Notes under the pieces: generated by a model | Told to the model about the DNA's origin: nothing | Seen by the model: only the letters and a program-made list of their open reading frames with translations | Databases searched by the model: none | Shown here: positions 1 through 9,052 of the stretch, in pieces | How positions within the stretch are numbered: the stretch's first letter is position 1 | Layout of the letters: each line of letters opens with the position of its first letter | Translations under genes and position numbers: made by a program | Assembly: GCA_002898355.1 (NCBI GenBank) | Contig: BEHD01000013.1 | Span: forward strand, 39,424-63,423 | Direction: 5' to 3' | From: an archaeon HR01 | GTDB taxonomy: Archaea; Thermoproteota; Nitrososphaeria_A; Caldarchaeales; Caldarchaeaceae | Length of the DNA stretch: 24,000 nucleotides

Positions 1-578
1 GATGTGGAAGAGATTTCAACAGCGATAATGCCTTGAAAAACCATGTTAAGGCAAAGCACACCGGATACTATATACTCAGATATGTCATGCCTGTAGTCTT
101 AACCGTTGTTCTAGTAGCGTCGGCCCTGGCTTTGGCGGCGTCCACATACCTCACAACACCCAGAACATCCATTACAACATCCCAGGTGGATAAGGAGGAG
201 CTGCTCAGCAGATATCTAACAGGGCATGACAGTCTCTCAATGCATATCCACCCCGTGTTGAAGATATTTGTGGATGGGAGGGAGATAGAAATCCCTGCCA
301 ATATAGGTGTAGAGCCTGACGGCCGGACAAGATATATACACACCCATGACGCTACAGGCGTCATCCACATCGAGTCACCGGTCTACGCAGAATTCACGCT
401 TGGAGACTTCATGAAAATCTGGGGTAAGAGACTGGACCCTGAGTGCTTCGATATCTACTGCGGCACTGTAAAGGTGTCAGTGAATGGGTCTCCCATCTCA
501 AACCCAGCATCATACGTGTTGAGGGATAGGGACAATATCGTGGTGGAGGTCACTACGGGCGGGCATGGCGAGGGCTAA
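1..578 (+). CDS. Membrane-anchored protein with an N-terminal C2H2-type zinc-finger motif; 5' end runs off the window
   Basis: The frame of the 33..578 ORF stays open back to nt 3. Codons 3-59 read CGRDFNSDNALKNHVKAKH, which fits C-x3-F-x5-L-x2-H-x4-H (the first Cys would lie outside the window). One TM helix follows (YYILRYVMPVVLTVVLVASALALAAS), then a His-rich domain (HIHPVL..IHTHDATGVIHIES). The 3' end overlaps the polB start by 14 nt. Confidence 0.6.
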   Translation, partial: CGRDFNSDNALKNHVKAKHTGYYILRYVMPVVLTVVLVASALALAASTYLTTPRTSITTSQVDKEELLSRYLTGHDSLSMHIHPVLKIFVDGREIEIPANIGVEPDGRTRYIHTHDATGVIHIESPVYAEFTLGDFMKIWGKRLDPECFDIYCGTVKVSVNGSPISNPASYVLRDRDNIVVEVTTGGHGEG

Positions 579-2043
579 AATAGTTGCCAGAGATCTAATC
601 GCCACAGCTCTTAGGGAGGGTTATCAGCTCTCAGAGGATGCCCTAACATGCCTCGAGCAAAGCCTGACACCATTGGAAGACCTGCGAAAAGCCATCGACC
701 ATATCAGAAAGAAGAATCTAGATGTTATAGTGATAGAGGCTGGACATATTTTGGAGGTGTCCAGCCAGAAGCCCGATGCCATACCTCCCCCCCAGCCTGA
801 GGTGGAGACTCCTCCCCACATACACCGGTTCAGTATCGAGAATTTAGTGGCTGATGATGCGAGGATAGAGGGCACTCTGGAGGAGTTTCAGAGATATTTT
901 CACAGCCGCTACATCAGGCTGAGAAGGTTGCTGGAGAGGAGGGGTGTGGGCTTCATACCTGTGGCTGAGGCTGCGAGGCTCAAAGACGGTGAGGAAGCCT
1001 ACATGGCTGTAATGGTGATGAACAGGGTCGAGACCTCTAAATCGGTTATGCTGGAGTGCGACGACTTGACGGGCGACATTACAGTGGTCGCACCTTTCAG
1101 AGATGAGGAACTAGTCAGGAACATCTCCAGCATATTGCTGGACCAGGTTGTAGGTATCAGGGTGCGGAGGGTTGGTCAGACATTCATCTTACAGGAGGTT
1201 TTCCAACCCGACGTTGAGAGCGGGAGGAACGTGCCACGGCTCAACATGCCGGAGACATATGCGTGTCTAATCTCAGACACACATATTGGGAGCAAAAAGT
1301 TTGTCTCTGAAACCTTCCAAACCTTTCTAGACTGGCTTAACCGTGGCAGGGATGGCGTGGCCAAGAGGGTCCGCTATCTAATCATCGACGGTGATCTGGT
1401 GGATGGAGTCGGTGTATATCCGGGGCAGGAGAAGGAGCTCGACATAAGGGATGTGGAGGAGCAGTTTAGGGCTGCCGCCCAGCTCCTTAGAGAGGTCCCT
1501 CCACACATCCAGATACTATACTGTCCAGGAAACCATGAGCCGGTGAGGAGGGCGATACCTCAGCCACCCATCCAGGAGAGATATAGGAGGATTCTTTCAT
1601 CGGCCAGGACTATGAATTTCGCCACCAACCCCTTCACAGCCATAATCGAAGATAGACGTTTCCTAGTATATCACGGGCAAAGTCTCGACGAGATTATACA
1701 GTCTCTACCCGATGCATCCTACAGCACACTGGAGAAGGACGTTGGACGTGTCTTAACCACAGTCATAAAGGCTAGGCATCTAGCACCCATCTACGGTGAG
1801 AACACACAGATACTCCCCTTGCAGGAGGACCATTTGGTGATAGATACCCTACCAGACCTCCTCCATACAGGCCATATCCATAGGGTTGCGTCGATCAGCT
1901 ACCATGGAGTGAGTCTGGTCAACAGCGGTGCTTGGCAGGAGCAGACAGAGTATCAGAAGCTCCTAGGTGTGGAGCCGTCGATAGGGACAGCTGTTCTAGT
2001 GGAGCTATCGTCTATGAACACATTCATCCGCTTCTTCGGGTAG
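565..2043 (+). CDS. polB: DNA polymerase II (PolD) small subunit DP1, with a calcineurin/Mre11-like phosphoesterase (proofreading exonuclease) fold
   Basis: 492 aa. Ordered phosphoesterase motifs LISDTHIGS, IIDGDLVDG, CPGNHEP and LHTGHIH lie in the C-terminal half, preceded by an OB-like region. Length and layout are typical of archaeal DP1. Confidence 0.9.
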   Translation: MARAKIVARDLIATALREGYQLSEDALTCLEQSLTPLEDLRKAIDHIRKKNLDVIVIEAGHILEVSSQKPDAIPPPQPEVETPPHIHRFSIENLVADDARIEGTLEEFQRYFHSRYIRLRRLLERRGVGFIPVAEAARLKDGEEAYMAVMVMNRVETSKSVMLECDDLTGDITVVAPFRDEELVRNISSILLDQVVGIRVRRVGQTFILQEVFQPDVESGRNVPRLNMPETYACLISDTHIGSKKFVSETFQTFLDWLNRGRDGVAKRVRYLIIDGDLVDGVGVYPGQEKELDIRDVEEQFRAAAQLLREVPPHIQILYCPGNHEPVRRAIPQPPIQERYRRILSSARTMNFATNPFTAIIEDRRFLVYHGQSLDEIIQSLPDASYSTLEKDVGRVLTTVIKARHLAPIYGENTQILPLQEDHLVIDTLPDLLHTGHIHRVASISYHGVSLVNSGAWQEQTEYQKLLGVEPSIGTAVLVELSSMNTFIRFFG

Positions 2044-2051
2044 AGAAGGTT

Positions 2052-3302
2052 TTAGATACGGAGACCGTAGACAGACCTCTCAAAAGTTATCTCCTCAAAC
2101 TTTAATCCAAGCTCGGCAGCGTATCTGTAGGACTCCATTATCTCCTCCTGTGAGGGATAGCGGGCCATGGACTGATATCGCCTGTCGAAGCGCGGGTCTG
2201 AAGGGCTGCAGTAGCAGTCGGGATGGTACTGGTCCATAATGTTGACGAGGGCGTCGGGCATGTTCTCGGCTATCCAGCGGAGGACAGGCTTAGTACAACA
2301 CTGTACATGTCCAGGCATGATGAGGTGGCGGATGACGATATCCTCGCCCCAGTCATAGATGAGCTTGTGATTCTTAGAAACAGTCTCGAAATACCAAGGG
2401 GTCCTAGACAGCCATATCGCGCAATTGTCGTTTCCAAACTTGAAGTCTGGGAGCCAGATATCCACCAGCTCTTTCAGGATGGTCATGGTCTCCTGACTCA
2501 TGTACATGTTGCTGTTCCATAGTATGGGTGTGTTGAATTCACCCATGTAGGAGGCGTTACGGACATCCATCTTATATGGGAGATAGAGGTCGGCCTTCGC
2601 CTCTAACGCGGCCGAGTCAACCGTTTTAAAGAATTTGAGGAGGCCGATCGCCTCCACAATCGTGTGGAGATGTATGGTTGGCTCACCTCCTACCAGGTTT
2701 ATGTTATGGCATCCCTCCATCCTCAACTGCCACATGGTCCAGGCTAGCCTTTGGGGGGTGAAGACGACGCCGTTATCCTTGTCGTGGGATATATCTGCAT
2801 TTTGACAGAATGCGCATCTCATGTTGCATGATGTGAAGAAGATGGTTCCGGAGCCTTTGGTGCCCCTTATGGGGAGCTCTTCTCCTCTGTGGTGGAAGTA
2901 GCTGGATACCCTCGACTCCTCCTCCAGCTGGCATGTGCCATGCTTTCCACCAGCCACCCTGTCAACACGGCAGTTCCACCTACAGAAGTTGCAGTGTCTT
3001 AGCATCTTCTTAACGAGGGCCACCTTCAAGTCAAGGAGACTTGGCTTGACAGGCTCCATCCTTCCCAGTTCTAGACCTCCATCCTTTACCTCCCTGAAGA
3101 TTTTTGCGAATTCTTCCGAGGCCCTAGCATGGAGCTCCCAGAGCTCCCCCTCGCCAAGGTTCTCCAGCTCCTCACCGGCTGTTACACGCCTACATATGAG
3201 ATACTTGGCCGGCTTGAAATTGTTGGCCACAGCATAGTACCAGCCCAGCCTCTCCCTCACCTCGGGTGAGGACCATACGCTGAGGGCTGCGAAGGCCGCC
3301 AT
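2052..3302 (-). CDS. Radical SAM protein, PflX-like (COG1313, related to PFL-activating enzymes)
   Basis: CNMRCAFCQN is a CX3CX2C radical-SAM cluster motif. It is preceded by GSGTIFFTSC and an upstream Cys cluster, LRHCNFCRWNCRVDR..GTCQ, which is typical of PflX. I chose the ATG at 3302 (M31 of the track ORF). The longer ORF would overlap the divergent E1-alpha start, and an AT-rich TATA-like box lies about 40 nt upstream of 3302. Confidence 0.8.
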   Translation of the reverse strand: MAAFAALSVWSSPEVRERLGWYYAVANNFKPAKYLICRRVTAGEELENLGEGELWELHARASEEFAKIFREVKDGGLELGRMEPVKPSLLDLKVALVKKMLRHCNFCRWNCRVDRVAGGKHGTCQLEEESRVSSYFHHRGEELPIRGTKGSGTIFFTSCNMRCAFCQNADISHDKDNGVVFTPQRLAWTMWQLRMEGCHNINLVGGEPTIHLHTIVEAIGLLKFFKTVDSAALEAKADLYLPYKMDVRNASYMGEFNTPILWNSNMYMSQETMTILKELVDIWLPDFKFGNDNCAIWLSRTPWYFETVSKNHKLIYDWGEDIVIRHLIMPGHVQCCTKPVLRWIAENMPDALVNIMDQYHPDCYCSPSDPRFDRRYQSMARYPSQEEIMESYRYAAELGLKFEEITFERSVYGLRI

Positions 3303-3332
3303 ACCCACTATATCTGGGTGGATAGTTGTTCT

Positions 3333-3352
3333 AAAACATTTATTTTGATAAG
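3333..3352. promoter_or_regulatory. Shared AT-rich TATA-like region between divergent genes
   Basis: aaaacatttattttgataag is the only AT-rich block in the 64-nt divergent spacer. It lies about 20-30 nt upstream of ATG 3367 (+) and about 35-45 nt upstream of ATG 3302 (-). Confidence 0.35.
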
Positions 3353-3366
3353 TTGTTCCCAGCCGC

Positions 3367-4362
3367 ATGGTTGAGGGGGAGAAGCTTCTCACGATGTATA
3401 GGGATATGGTGATGGCCCGTGTTTTTGACAGCTGGATGGTGAAACTCCAGAGGATGGGGAGGGTTGCGGCCTATACATCGTCTGAGGGGCAGGAGGCCAT
3501 AGCTGTCGGGGCCGCCCACGCCTTAAGACCTGATGACTGGATATTCCCAACCTACAGGGAGACGGGGGCCTACATCGCGAGAAGGGTGCCTTTGGAGGTT
3601 TTGGTGGCCCGCCAGCTGGGGTCCGTCTTAGACCCTCTCAAAGGCCATGAGGTTCTCCTCTTCGGTGGTAGAAGATTTAGAATAGTAACTGGTCCGGGAC
3701 CTGTTGCCGCCCATCTCTGCACCTCGGTAGGATTCGCCCTAGCAGCGAAATATCGCGGAGAGGACACGGTTGTGCTGGCCTTTTTCGGGGATGGCGCCAC
3801 ATCCAAGGGTGACTTCAACGAAGGATTGAATATGGCCGGTGTCACAGATGCCCCCGTAGTCTTTATCTGCCAAAACAACCAGTACGCCATCTCTGTCCCC
3901 CTATCAAGGCAGACAGCCTCCGAATCTATTGCCGTAAAGGCTAAAGCCTATGGTCTTGATGGTGTCCGGATTGATGGTAACGACATCCAAGCATGCTATC
4001 TAACCACTTTGGAGGCTGTTGAGAAGGCCCGGAGAGGCGGTGGCCCAACCCTCATCGAGGCCTTCACATACAGGCTCGCCCCCCATTCAACCGCCGACGA
4101 CCCAAGCAGATACATCTCTAGAGAGGAGCTGGAGGAGTGGAGAAAGCGTGACCCTCTCAAACGTCTGAAAAAAGAGCTGGTGAGTAGGGGACTATGGGAT
4201 GAGGAGAGGGACAGGCAGCTCTACAGCGACTGCGACCGGCTTATCAGCTCGAAGATTGAGGAGGTGGAAAAGGCAGCCCCACTACCCATACAAGCAATAC
4301 TGGAGGATGTATATCACACTCCTCCATGGCATCTAAAGGAGGAGCTTGAGTCCCTAAAGTGA
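3367..4362 (+). CDS. Thiamine-diphosphate-dependent 2-oxoacid dehydrogenase E1 component, alpha subunit
   Basis: 331 aa. The TPP-binding block is FFGDGATSKGDFNEGLNMA...VVFICQNNQYAIS, and the E1-alpha signature is TYRLAPHSTADDPSRY. No E1-beta, E2 or E3 ORF follows. Confidence 0.85.
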   Translation: MVEGEKLLTMYRDMVMARVFDSWMVKLQRMGRVAAYTSSEGQEAIAVGAAHALRPDDWIFPTYRETGAYIARRVPLEVLVARQLGSVLDPLKGHEVLLFGGRRFRIVTGPGPVAAHLCTSVGFALAAKYRGEDTVVLAFFGDGATSKGDFNEGLNMAGVTDAPVVFICQNNQYAISVPLSRQTASESIAVKAKAYGLDGVRIDGNDIQACYLTTLEAVEKARRGGGPTLIEAFTYRLAPHSTADDPSRYISREELEEWRKRDPLKRLKKELVSRGLWDEERDRQLYSDCDRLISSKIEEVEKAAPLPIQAILEDVYHTPPWHLKEELESLK

Positions 4363-4381
4363 AATCTGTAAAAACGTTTAT

Positions 4382-5701
4382 ATGCATGCCGGAACTGTCA
4401 TCAGTATGCCGTATGATAAATCTCCGGGAAAGATAAGTAGGAGGAAGGCAATTAGCAGTGCAGCAGCGGCCGGAGCTATAGTGGGCGTCGGTATTGTGGC
4501 CGGCTTGGGAGGATATCTCGCCGGGGCCTCCACAGGAGGTAGGGTTGAGACAGCCACCGTGACCAATGTCCAGACCCAGACACAAACCGTTACAGCCCCA
4601 CAGCTTCCCAGAGAAGTGAAGATAGGAGTGATTCTGCCCCTAAGCGGTGAGCTAGGCCCGATAGGCATTAAGATGCTCAACGGCGCTAAGCTGGCTGAGA
4701 CCCTTATCAATAGATGGGGAGGATTATCCGGTAGTACAGTCACAGTGGTGGCGGAGGACAGCCTCGCCCTCCCCGACAAGGCTCTGGATGCTGTGAAGAA
4801 GCTAGTTGAGGTGGATGGCGTGCAGGTTATAGCCGGCCCAGCCACCAGCGTAGAGGTTTTAACTGTTGCAGACTACGCCACCTCTAGAAAGGTCCCGCTC
4901 ATCAGCATGTCGGCCACCGCAGCGTCCATCTCGAGGATTGGCGGACAATACATCTTCAGAGTTGTGCCCAGCGATGCGGTACAGACACAGGCCCTAGCAG
5001 ACCTTATAAGGTCTCAGGGCATCCGACGGCTAGCCACATTCGTGGTATCCAACGACTACGGAATAGGAATTGAGGGGGGTGTGAAGGCCCAGCTTGGCGA
5101 TATTGTGGTACTTAGCATACGGTATGACCCGGCCAAGGGTGACTATAGGGAGGAGCTGAGCAGGATAAAGGATGCCAACGTGGATGCGATACTCTGGGCC
5201 ACATGGGTTGAGAGCGGTATAGTTGCTATGAAGCAGGCCTCAGACCTAGGCCTCACCAATATCAGAAGCTTCGGAGCTGAGGGGATGAGGGACACATCCT
5301 TCTTCGCAGACGCGAAAGCCGCCGAATACCTACTCCAGACCAATATGATGGGAACAAGCCCCAGCGCTCCAGCGGAGACACTCGCATCTAAACAGTTCGT
5401 GGAGGATTATAAGCGGGAGTTCGGTGAAGAGCCAGGCCTCTTCGGCGACACCACATACGATGCCACCATGGTCGCCGCACTCGCTATAGCCAGGGCTGGA
5501 GTATACGATGGAGCCAAAATCGCCAGCCAAATCAAACCAGCAGCATACCACTATGTGGGCCCCAGCGGCCACAAGATGATGAACGAGTCAGGGGACGCCG
5601 TGCTAGCCACATATGATATATGGCGGGTTGCAAAACGGGGAGACGAATACGTCATAGAGTCTATGGGAAGCTGGGACACGGCTGCAGGACTTAAAATATA
5701 A
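4382..5701 (+). CDS. ABC transporter substrate-binding protein, Leu/Ile/Val-binding (type 1 PBP) family, membrane-anchored
   Basis: KIGVILPLSGELGPIGIKMLNGAKLA...VQVIAGPATSVEVL...IFRVVPSD is the LivJ/K-type pattern. The N-terminus SRRKAISSAAAAGAIVGVGIVAGLGG is a Tat-like/TM anchor followed by a TQTQTQT linker. An alternative start at ATG 4406 (MPYDK..) sits about 26 nt downstream of the TATA-like tttatatg (4377-4384). Confidence 0.85.
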   Translation: MHAGTVISMPYDKSPGKISRRKAISSAAAAGAIVGVGIVAGLGGYLAGASTGGRVETATVTNVQTQTQTVTAPQLPREVKIGVILPLSGELGPIGIKMLNGAKLAETLINRWGGLSGSTVTVVAEDSLALPDKALDAVKKLVEVDGVQVIAGPATSVEVLTVADYATSRKVPLISMSATAASISRIGGQYIFRVVPSDAVQTQALADLIRSQGIRRLATFVVSNDYGIGIEGGVKAQLGDIVVLSIRYDPAKGDYREELSRIKDANVDAILWATWVESGIVAMKQASDLGLTNIRSFGAEGMRDTSFFADAKAAEYLLQTNMMGTSPSAPAETLASKQFVEDYKREFGEEPGLFGDTTYDATMVAALAIARAGVYDGAKIASQIKPAAYHYVGPSGHKMMNESGDAVLATYDIWRVAKRGDEYVIESMGSWDTAAGLKI

Positions 5702-5709
5702 AACTCATA

Positions 5710-5720
5710 ATTTTTTATTT
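5710..5720 (+). terminator. Oligo-T tract (possible intra-operon attenuator/terminator after the binding-protein gene)
   Basis: ttttttatttt lies immediately downstream of the stop at 5701, in a 54-nt spacer before the permease gene. Archaeal terminators are oligo-T runs. Confidence 0.3.
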
Positions 5721-5755
5721 TCCCTATTTCTCTTTCCCAGCTTTGGGAGAACGAT

Positions 5756-6664
5756 GTGGTTTTAGAGCCGTCAACCCTACAGACAGTGACCAACGGCCTC
5801 ATTACGGGAAGCATCTATTTTCTTGCAGCTGTAGGGCTTACACTGCAGTATCAGCTGATGAAGTTTCCTAATCTCTCCCATGCGGAGCTTTTCGCCGTGG
5901 GAGCCTTCGTCACCTATCTGCTGGCTGATGTGGTGAAGCTGGGGTTCTGGCCAGGCCTAGCCTTCAGCATGTTATTCACTGGCGGTGTTGCCGCCGCTCT
6001 CTACATAACAGTCTTTAAAACCCTTATCAAGCGTGGGGCTACACTTTTACATCTTATCATAGCATCTGCGGGTCTGGGTATACTTCTGAGGTATTTGATG
6101 TGGGAGATTGCGGGGAGAAAATCTTATTTCTACTCCCATGTATTCTCTCCCTTCGATGTGGGTCCTGTTAGGCTTACGACCCTATGGCTCGCCATGATTG
6201 TGGTGGCTGTTGCCTCGCTAATCGCTCTTCTCCTATTTCTCTCTAGAACTAGGGTTGGTAAGGCTTTACGCGGTCTTGCCAGCAACCCCGTTCTCGCCAG
6301 ACTCTCTGGGGTTAGATCTGAAGCAGTCATAGTTCTAGTCTGGGCGGTTTCGGGTATGCTGGCAGCCCTGGGAGGAACACTCCGAGCAGCCGATACAAGA
6401 ATTATCCCTGAACTGGGGGTGGAGGTTCTCATACCCATGTTCGCTGTCTCAATCCTAGGAGGAATCGGGAGCGTAAGCGGGGCCTTTGCAGCGGCCTACA
6501 TCATAGGATTGTCGGAGAGCTTCGGGGTTGTTGCTCTAAGTCGGATGGGGCTGTCAACAGAGTATAAAGCGTTAATAGCCTTCGCAGCTCTGGTGGCCAC
6601 TATAATAGTCCTGCCCACAGGTTTAAGCTCTCTCATCTCTAAAGAGAGGATGAGACGTGACTAA
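5756..6664 (+). CDS. livH: Branched-chain amino acid ABC transporter permease (LivH-type)
   Basis: 302 aa, polytopic. The N-terminus LQTVTNGLITGSIYFLAAVGLTL is typical of the LivH family. GTG start. The next gene overlaps it by 8 nt. Confidence 0.8.
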   Translation: MVLEPSTLQTVTNGLITGSIYFLAAVGLTLQYQLMKFPNLSHAELFAVGAFVTYLLADVVKLGFWPGLAFSMLFTGGVAAALYITVFKTLIKRGATLLHLIIASAGLGILLRYLMWEIAGRKSYFYSHVFSPFDVGPVRLTTLWLAMIVVAVASLIALLLFLSRTRVGKALRGLASNPVLARLSGVRSEAVIVLVWAVSGMLAALGGTLRAADTRIIPELGVEVLIPMFAVSILGGIGSVSGAFAAAYIIGLSESFGVVALSRMGLSTEYKALIAFAALVATIIVLPTGLSSLISKERMRRD

Positions 6665-7562
6665 TCTAGACCTCTTCATATTGGATAGCGTCATAACGGC
6701 TGGCTACTTCGCTATACTCGCCCTCAGCCTCAACATAGAGTATGGGTATTCGGGGCTTATAGATTTCGGCAAGGCAGCCTTCTTCGCATTGGGGGCGTAT
6801 ACCTCTGCGCTTCTAGCCATCAACGGCTATCCAGCGGCCCTGGCTGTAGCCGTGGCCATGCTTGTCTCAGGACTTGGTGGACTGGCGATATCGGTGCCTG
6901 CCATCAGGGTGAGAAGTGACTACCTCGCCATCATAACCTTGGTTTTCGCAGAATCTATCAGGGTTGTTCTCAAGAATGAGAGCTGGCTGGCCGGAGGTGT
7001 TCTGGGGATACGTGGAATACCACCCATGATAGACCTGCGCAACATATCCTATGACATTCACTTGGTCGGGCAAGCCATATTCGTCCTACTACTCTTCACG
7101 GTCTTCGCAGTTGTGGGCTGGCTTCTCACCAACTCCCCATTCGGCAGAATATTGAGGGCCATCAGAGAGGATGAGCTGGCCTCCAGCGTCTATGGCAAGA
7201 ACAACACAGCCGTCAAGGCGGTTGTATTCAGCCTAGCCTCAGCCATGTCCGGCGCTGCGGGGAGCTTCTACTCACAGTATGTGGGCTTCGTCTCACCCGA
7301 CCTCTTCATACTAGCCATCACTCTGCAGATATGGATTATGAGTATTCTGGGTGGGCCTGCCACAATTCTCGGCGGCTTGGCTGGGGCTATTTTATTCACC
7401 TCTATCGGGAGAGGGACGAGGATATTGAAGGACTACCTCAACCTCCCCATAGACGCCAACAACATGATGTTCATACTCACCGGCGTCCTACTGGTCTTGG
7501 TGGTTACCTTCAGGCCGACTGGGTTGCTGAAGGAGGGGAGAATAAGGAGTGGGGGACGCTGA
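6657..7562 (+). CDS. livM: Branched-chain amino acid ABC transporter permease (LivM-type)
   Basis: 301 aa, polytopic. GYSGLIDFGKAAFFALGAYTSA is a LivM-type motif. GTG start inside the livH 3' end. Confidence 0.8.
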   Translation: MTNLDLFILDSVITAGYFAILALSLNIEYGYSGLIDFGKAAFFALGAYTSALLAINGYPAALAVAVAMLVSGLGGLAISVPAIRVRSDYLAIITLVFAESIRVVLKNESWLAGGVLGIRGIPPMIDLRNISYDIHLVGQAIFVLLLFTVFAVVGWLLTNSPFGRILRAIREDELASSVYGKNNTAVKAVVFSLASAMSGAAGSFYSQYVGFVSPDLFILAITLQIWIMSILGGPATILGGLAGAILFTSIGRGTRILKDYLNLPIDANNMMFILTGVLLVLVVTFRPTGLLKEGRIRSGGR

Positions 7563-8340
7563 CACCATCCTAGAAACTAGGAGCCTCAGCCTATCCTTTG
7601 GAGGGCTAAAGGCTGTAGATGATGTAAGTCTCAAAGTAGAGCGTTCCAAGATATTCGGCCTCATAGGACCGAACGGCAGTGGGAAAACCTCCCTCTTCAA
7701 CTTGATAACTGGAGTCTACAGGCCTGAAGTGGGGCGGATATTCTTCGATGGGCGGGAGATAACGGGGCTCCCACCACATAAGATATACAGGCTGGGTATC
7801 GTGAGAAGCTTCCAGTTTCCCAGACTCTTCTACAGGATGTCTGTATTGGACAACCTCGTCTTCGCTGCCAGAAACCAAAGGGGTGACAACCCTGTTGCAG
7901 CAGTCTTTGGTAGAAATATTTACCGGAGGCAGGAGAGGTTTTTCATGGAGAGGGGGCTGGAGATTCTAGAGAGGCTGGGCCTCGCAGAATATGCGGATAA
8001 AGTTCCCAGCGAGCTCTCTGGAGGTCAGCTCAAGCTTCTGGAGCTGGGCCGTGCTATTATGGCTGAGCCAAAGCTGCTTCTCCTAGATGAGCCGGCGGCC
8101 GGAGTAAGCCCCATCCTAGTATCGAAAATATTTAAGACAATATCACAGCTCAGGGAGAGGGAGGGGCTGACCGTTTTCATAATTGAACACAGGCTTAACG
8201 TGGTGGAGGAGTACACTGACTGGGTATATGTAATGCATCGTGGAAGGCTATATCTTAGCGGGCCCCCCGGAAAGGTGCTGGGGGATAGACGTCTCATGTC
8301 CATATATGTAGCGGGGGATGCTGCGGTTGACGAGGCTTGA
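7549..8340 (+). CDS. livG: Branched-chain amino acid ABC transporter ATP-binding protein (LivG-type)
   Basis: Walker A GPNGSGKTS, signature LSGGQLKLLELGRA, Walker B LLLLDEPAAG, H-loop IIEHRL. GGAGG lies about 10 nt upstream of the GTG start. Confidence 0.9.
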   Translation: MGDADTILETRSLSLSFGGLKAVDDVSLKVERSKIFGLIGPNGSGKTSLFNLITGVYRPEVGRIFFDGREITGLPPHKIYRLGIVRSFQFPRLFYRMSVLDNLVFAARNQRGDNPVAAVFGRNIYRRQERFFMERGLEILERLGLAEYADKVPSELSGGQLKLLELGRAIMAEPKLLLLDEPAAGVSPILVSKIFKTISQLREREGLTVFIIEHRLNVVEEYTDWVYVMHRGRLYLSGPPGKVLGDRRLMSIYVAGDAAVDEA

Positions 8341-9052
8341 GATAAGGAATCTCCGCGCTGGATACGGACGTGTAGAGATAATACATGGCGTGGATTTGGA
8401 GGTGGGTGAGAGGGAGATTGTGGCTATTATAGGGCCGAATGGTAGCGGCAAATCCACCCTCCTAAAGAGTGTGGTGGGCCTCACGAATATTTTCTCAGGA
8501 AATGTGCGACTGGATGGTTTGGAGCTTGTCGGGCGTAGCACGGAGGATATAGCTAGGGCGGGCGTGGCTTTCACACCTCAGGTAGACAACATATTCACCA
8601 ACCTAACATGCGATGAGAATCTTGAGTTGGGAGGATACAACATATCGGATAAGAGGTTACTGGACAGAAGGAAGGCTGAGATGTATAATATCTTCCACGA
8701 GATTGGCAGGCTCAGGGATAGGAGGGCCGGTTTATTGAGTGGTGGTGAGAGGCAGATGGTGGCATTAGCGAGGGCTTTGATATCGAAGCCCAAGATTCTG
8801 ATGTTGGATGAGCCTACCGCCAACCTCTCCCCCAAGGCAGCCTCATCCGTGGCCAAGAAGGTGTTGGAGATAAAGGAGGGAGGCATACCGGTTGTTCTTG
8901 TGGAGCAGAACGTCAAATTCGCCTTGGACCTGGCCGACAGGATGTGCGTCCTAGTTTCAGGTGTTAAAACATTTGAGGGGAGTCCACAGGAGCTGATGGA
9001 GATGGACCTCCAGCAAGTGTTTCTGGGGTTGAAGGGTAGGTCGGGTGGTTAG
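8318..9052 (+). CDS. livF: Branched-chain amino acid ABC transporter ATP-binding protein (LivF-type)
   Basis: Walker A GPNGSGKST, signature LSGGERQMVALARA, Walker B ILMLDEPTANL, and VLVEQN. It overlaps livG by 23 nt. Confidence 0.9.
   Translation: MLRLTRLEIRNLRAGYGRVEIIHGVDLEVGEREIVAIIGPNGSGKSTLLKSVVGLTNIFSGNVRLDGLELVGRSTEDIARAGVAFTPQVDNIFTNLTCDENLELGGYNISDKRLLDRRKAEMYNIFHEIGRLRDRRAGLLSGGERQMVALARALISKPKILMLDEPTANLSPKAASSVAKKVLEIKEGGIPVVLVEQNVKFALDLADRMCVLVSGVKTFEGSPQELMEMDLQQVFLGLKGRSGG

Noticed and set aside
3303-3392. 30-codon N-terminal extension of the radical SAM ORF
   Set aside because: It would overlap the divergent E1-alpha start by 26 nt and run across the only TATA-like block of the spacer. 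The extension (MRSFSPSTMRLGTTYQNKCFRTT..) is not PflX-like.
4378-4845. 155-aa minus-strand ORF, plus other antisense ORFs (68..370, 624..875, 2223..2522, 2935..3237, 3570..3890, 6130..6438, 8248..8916, 9619..10434)
   Set aside because: Each lies wholly inside a strongly supported gene on the other strand. Each has a Pro/Ser/Arg/Thr-rich, shadow-like composition.
9049-9052. Convergent livF and aminotransferase stop codons overlap (ttag)
   Set aside because: This is real but trivial. It reflects compact genome packing and is not a regulatory feature I can support.
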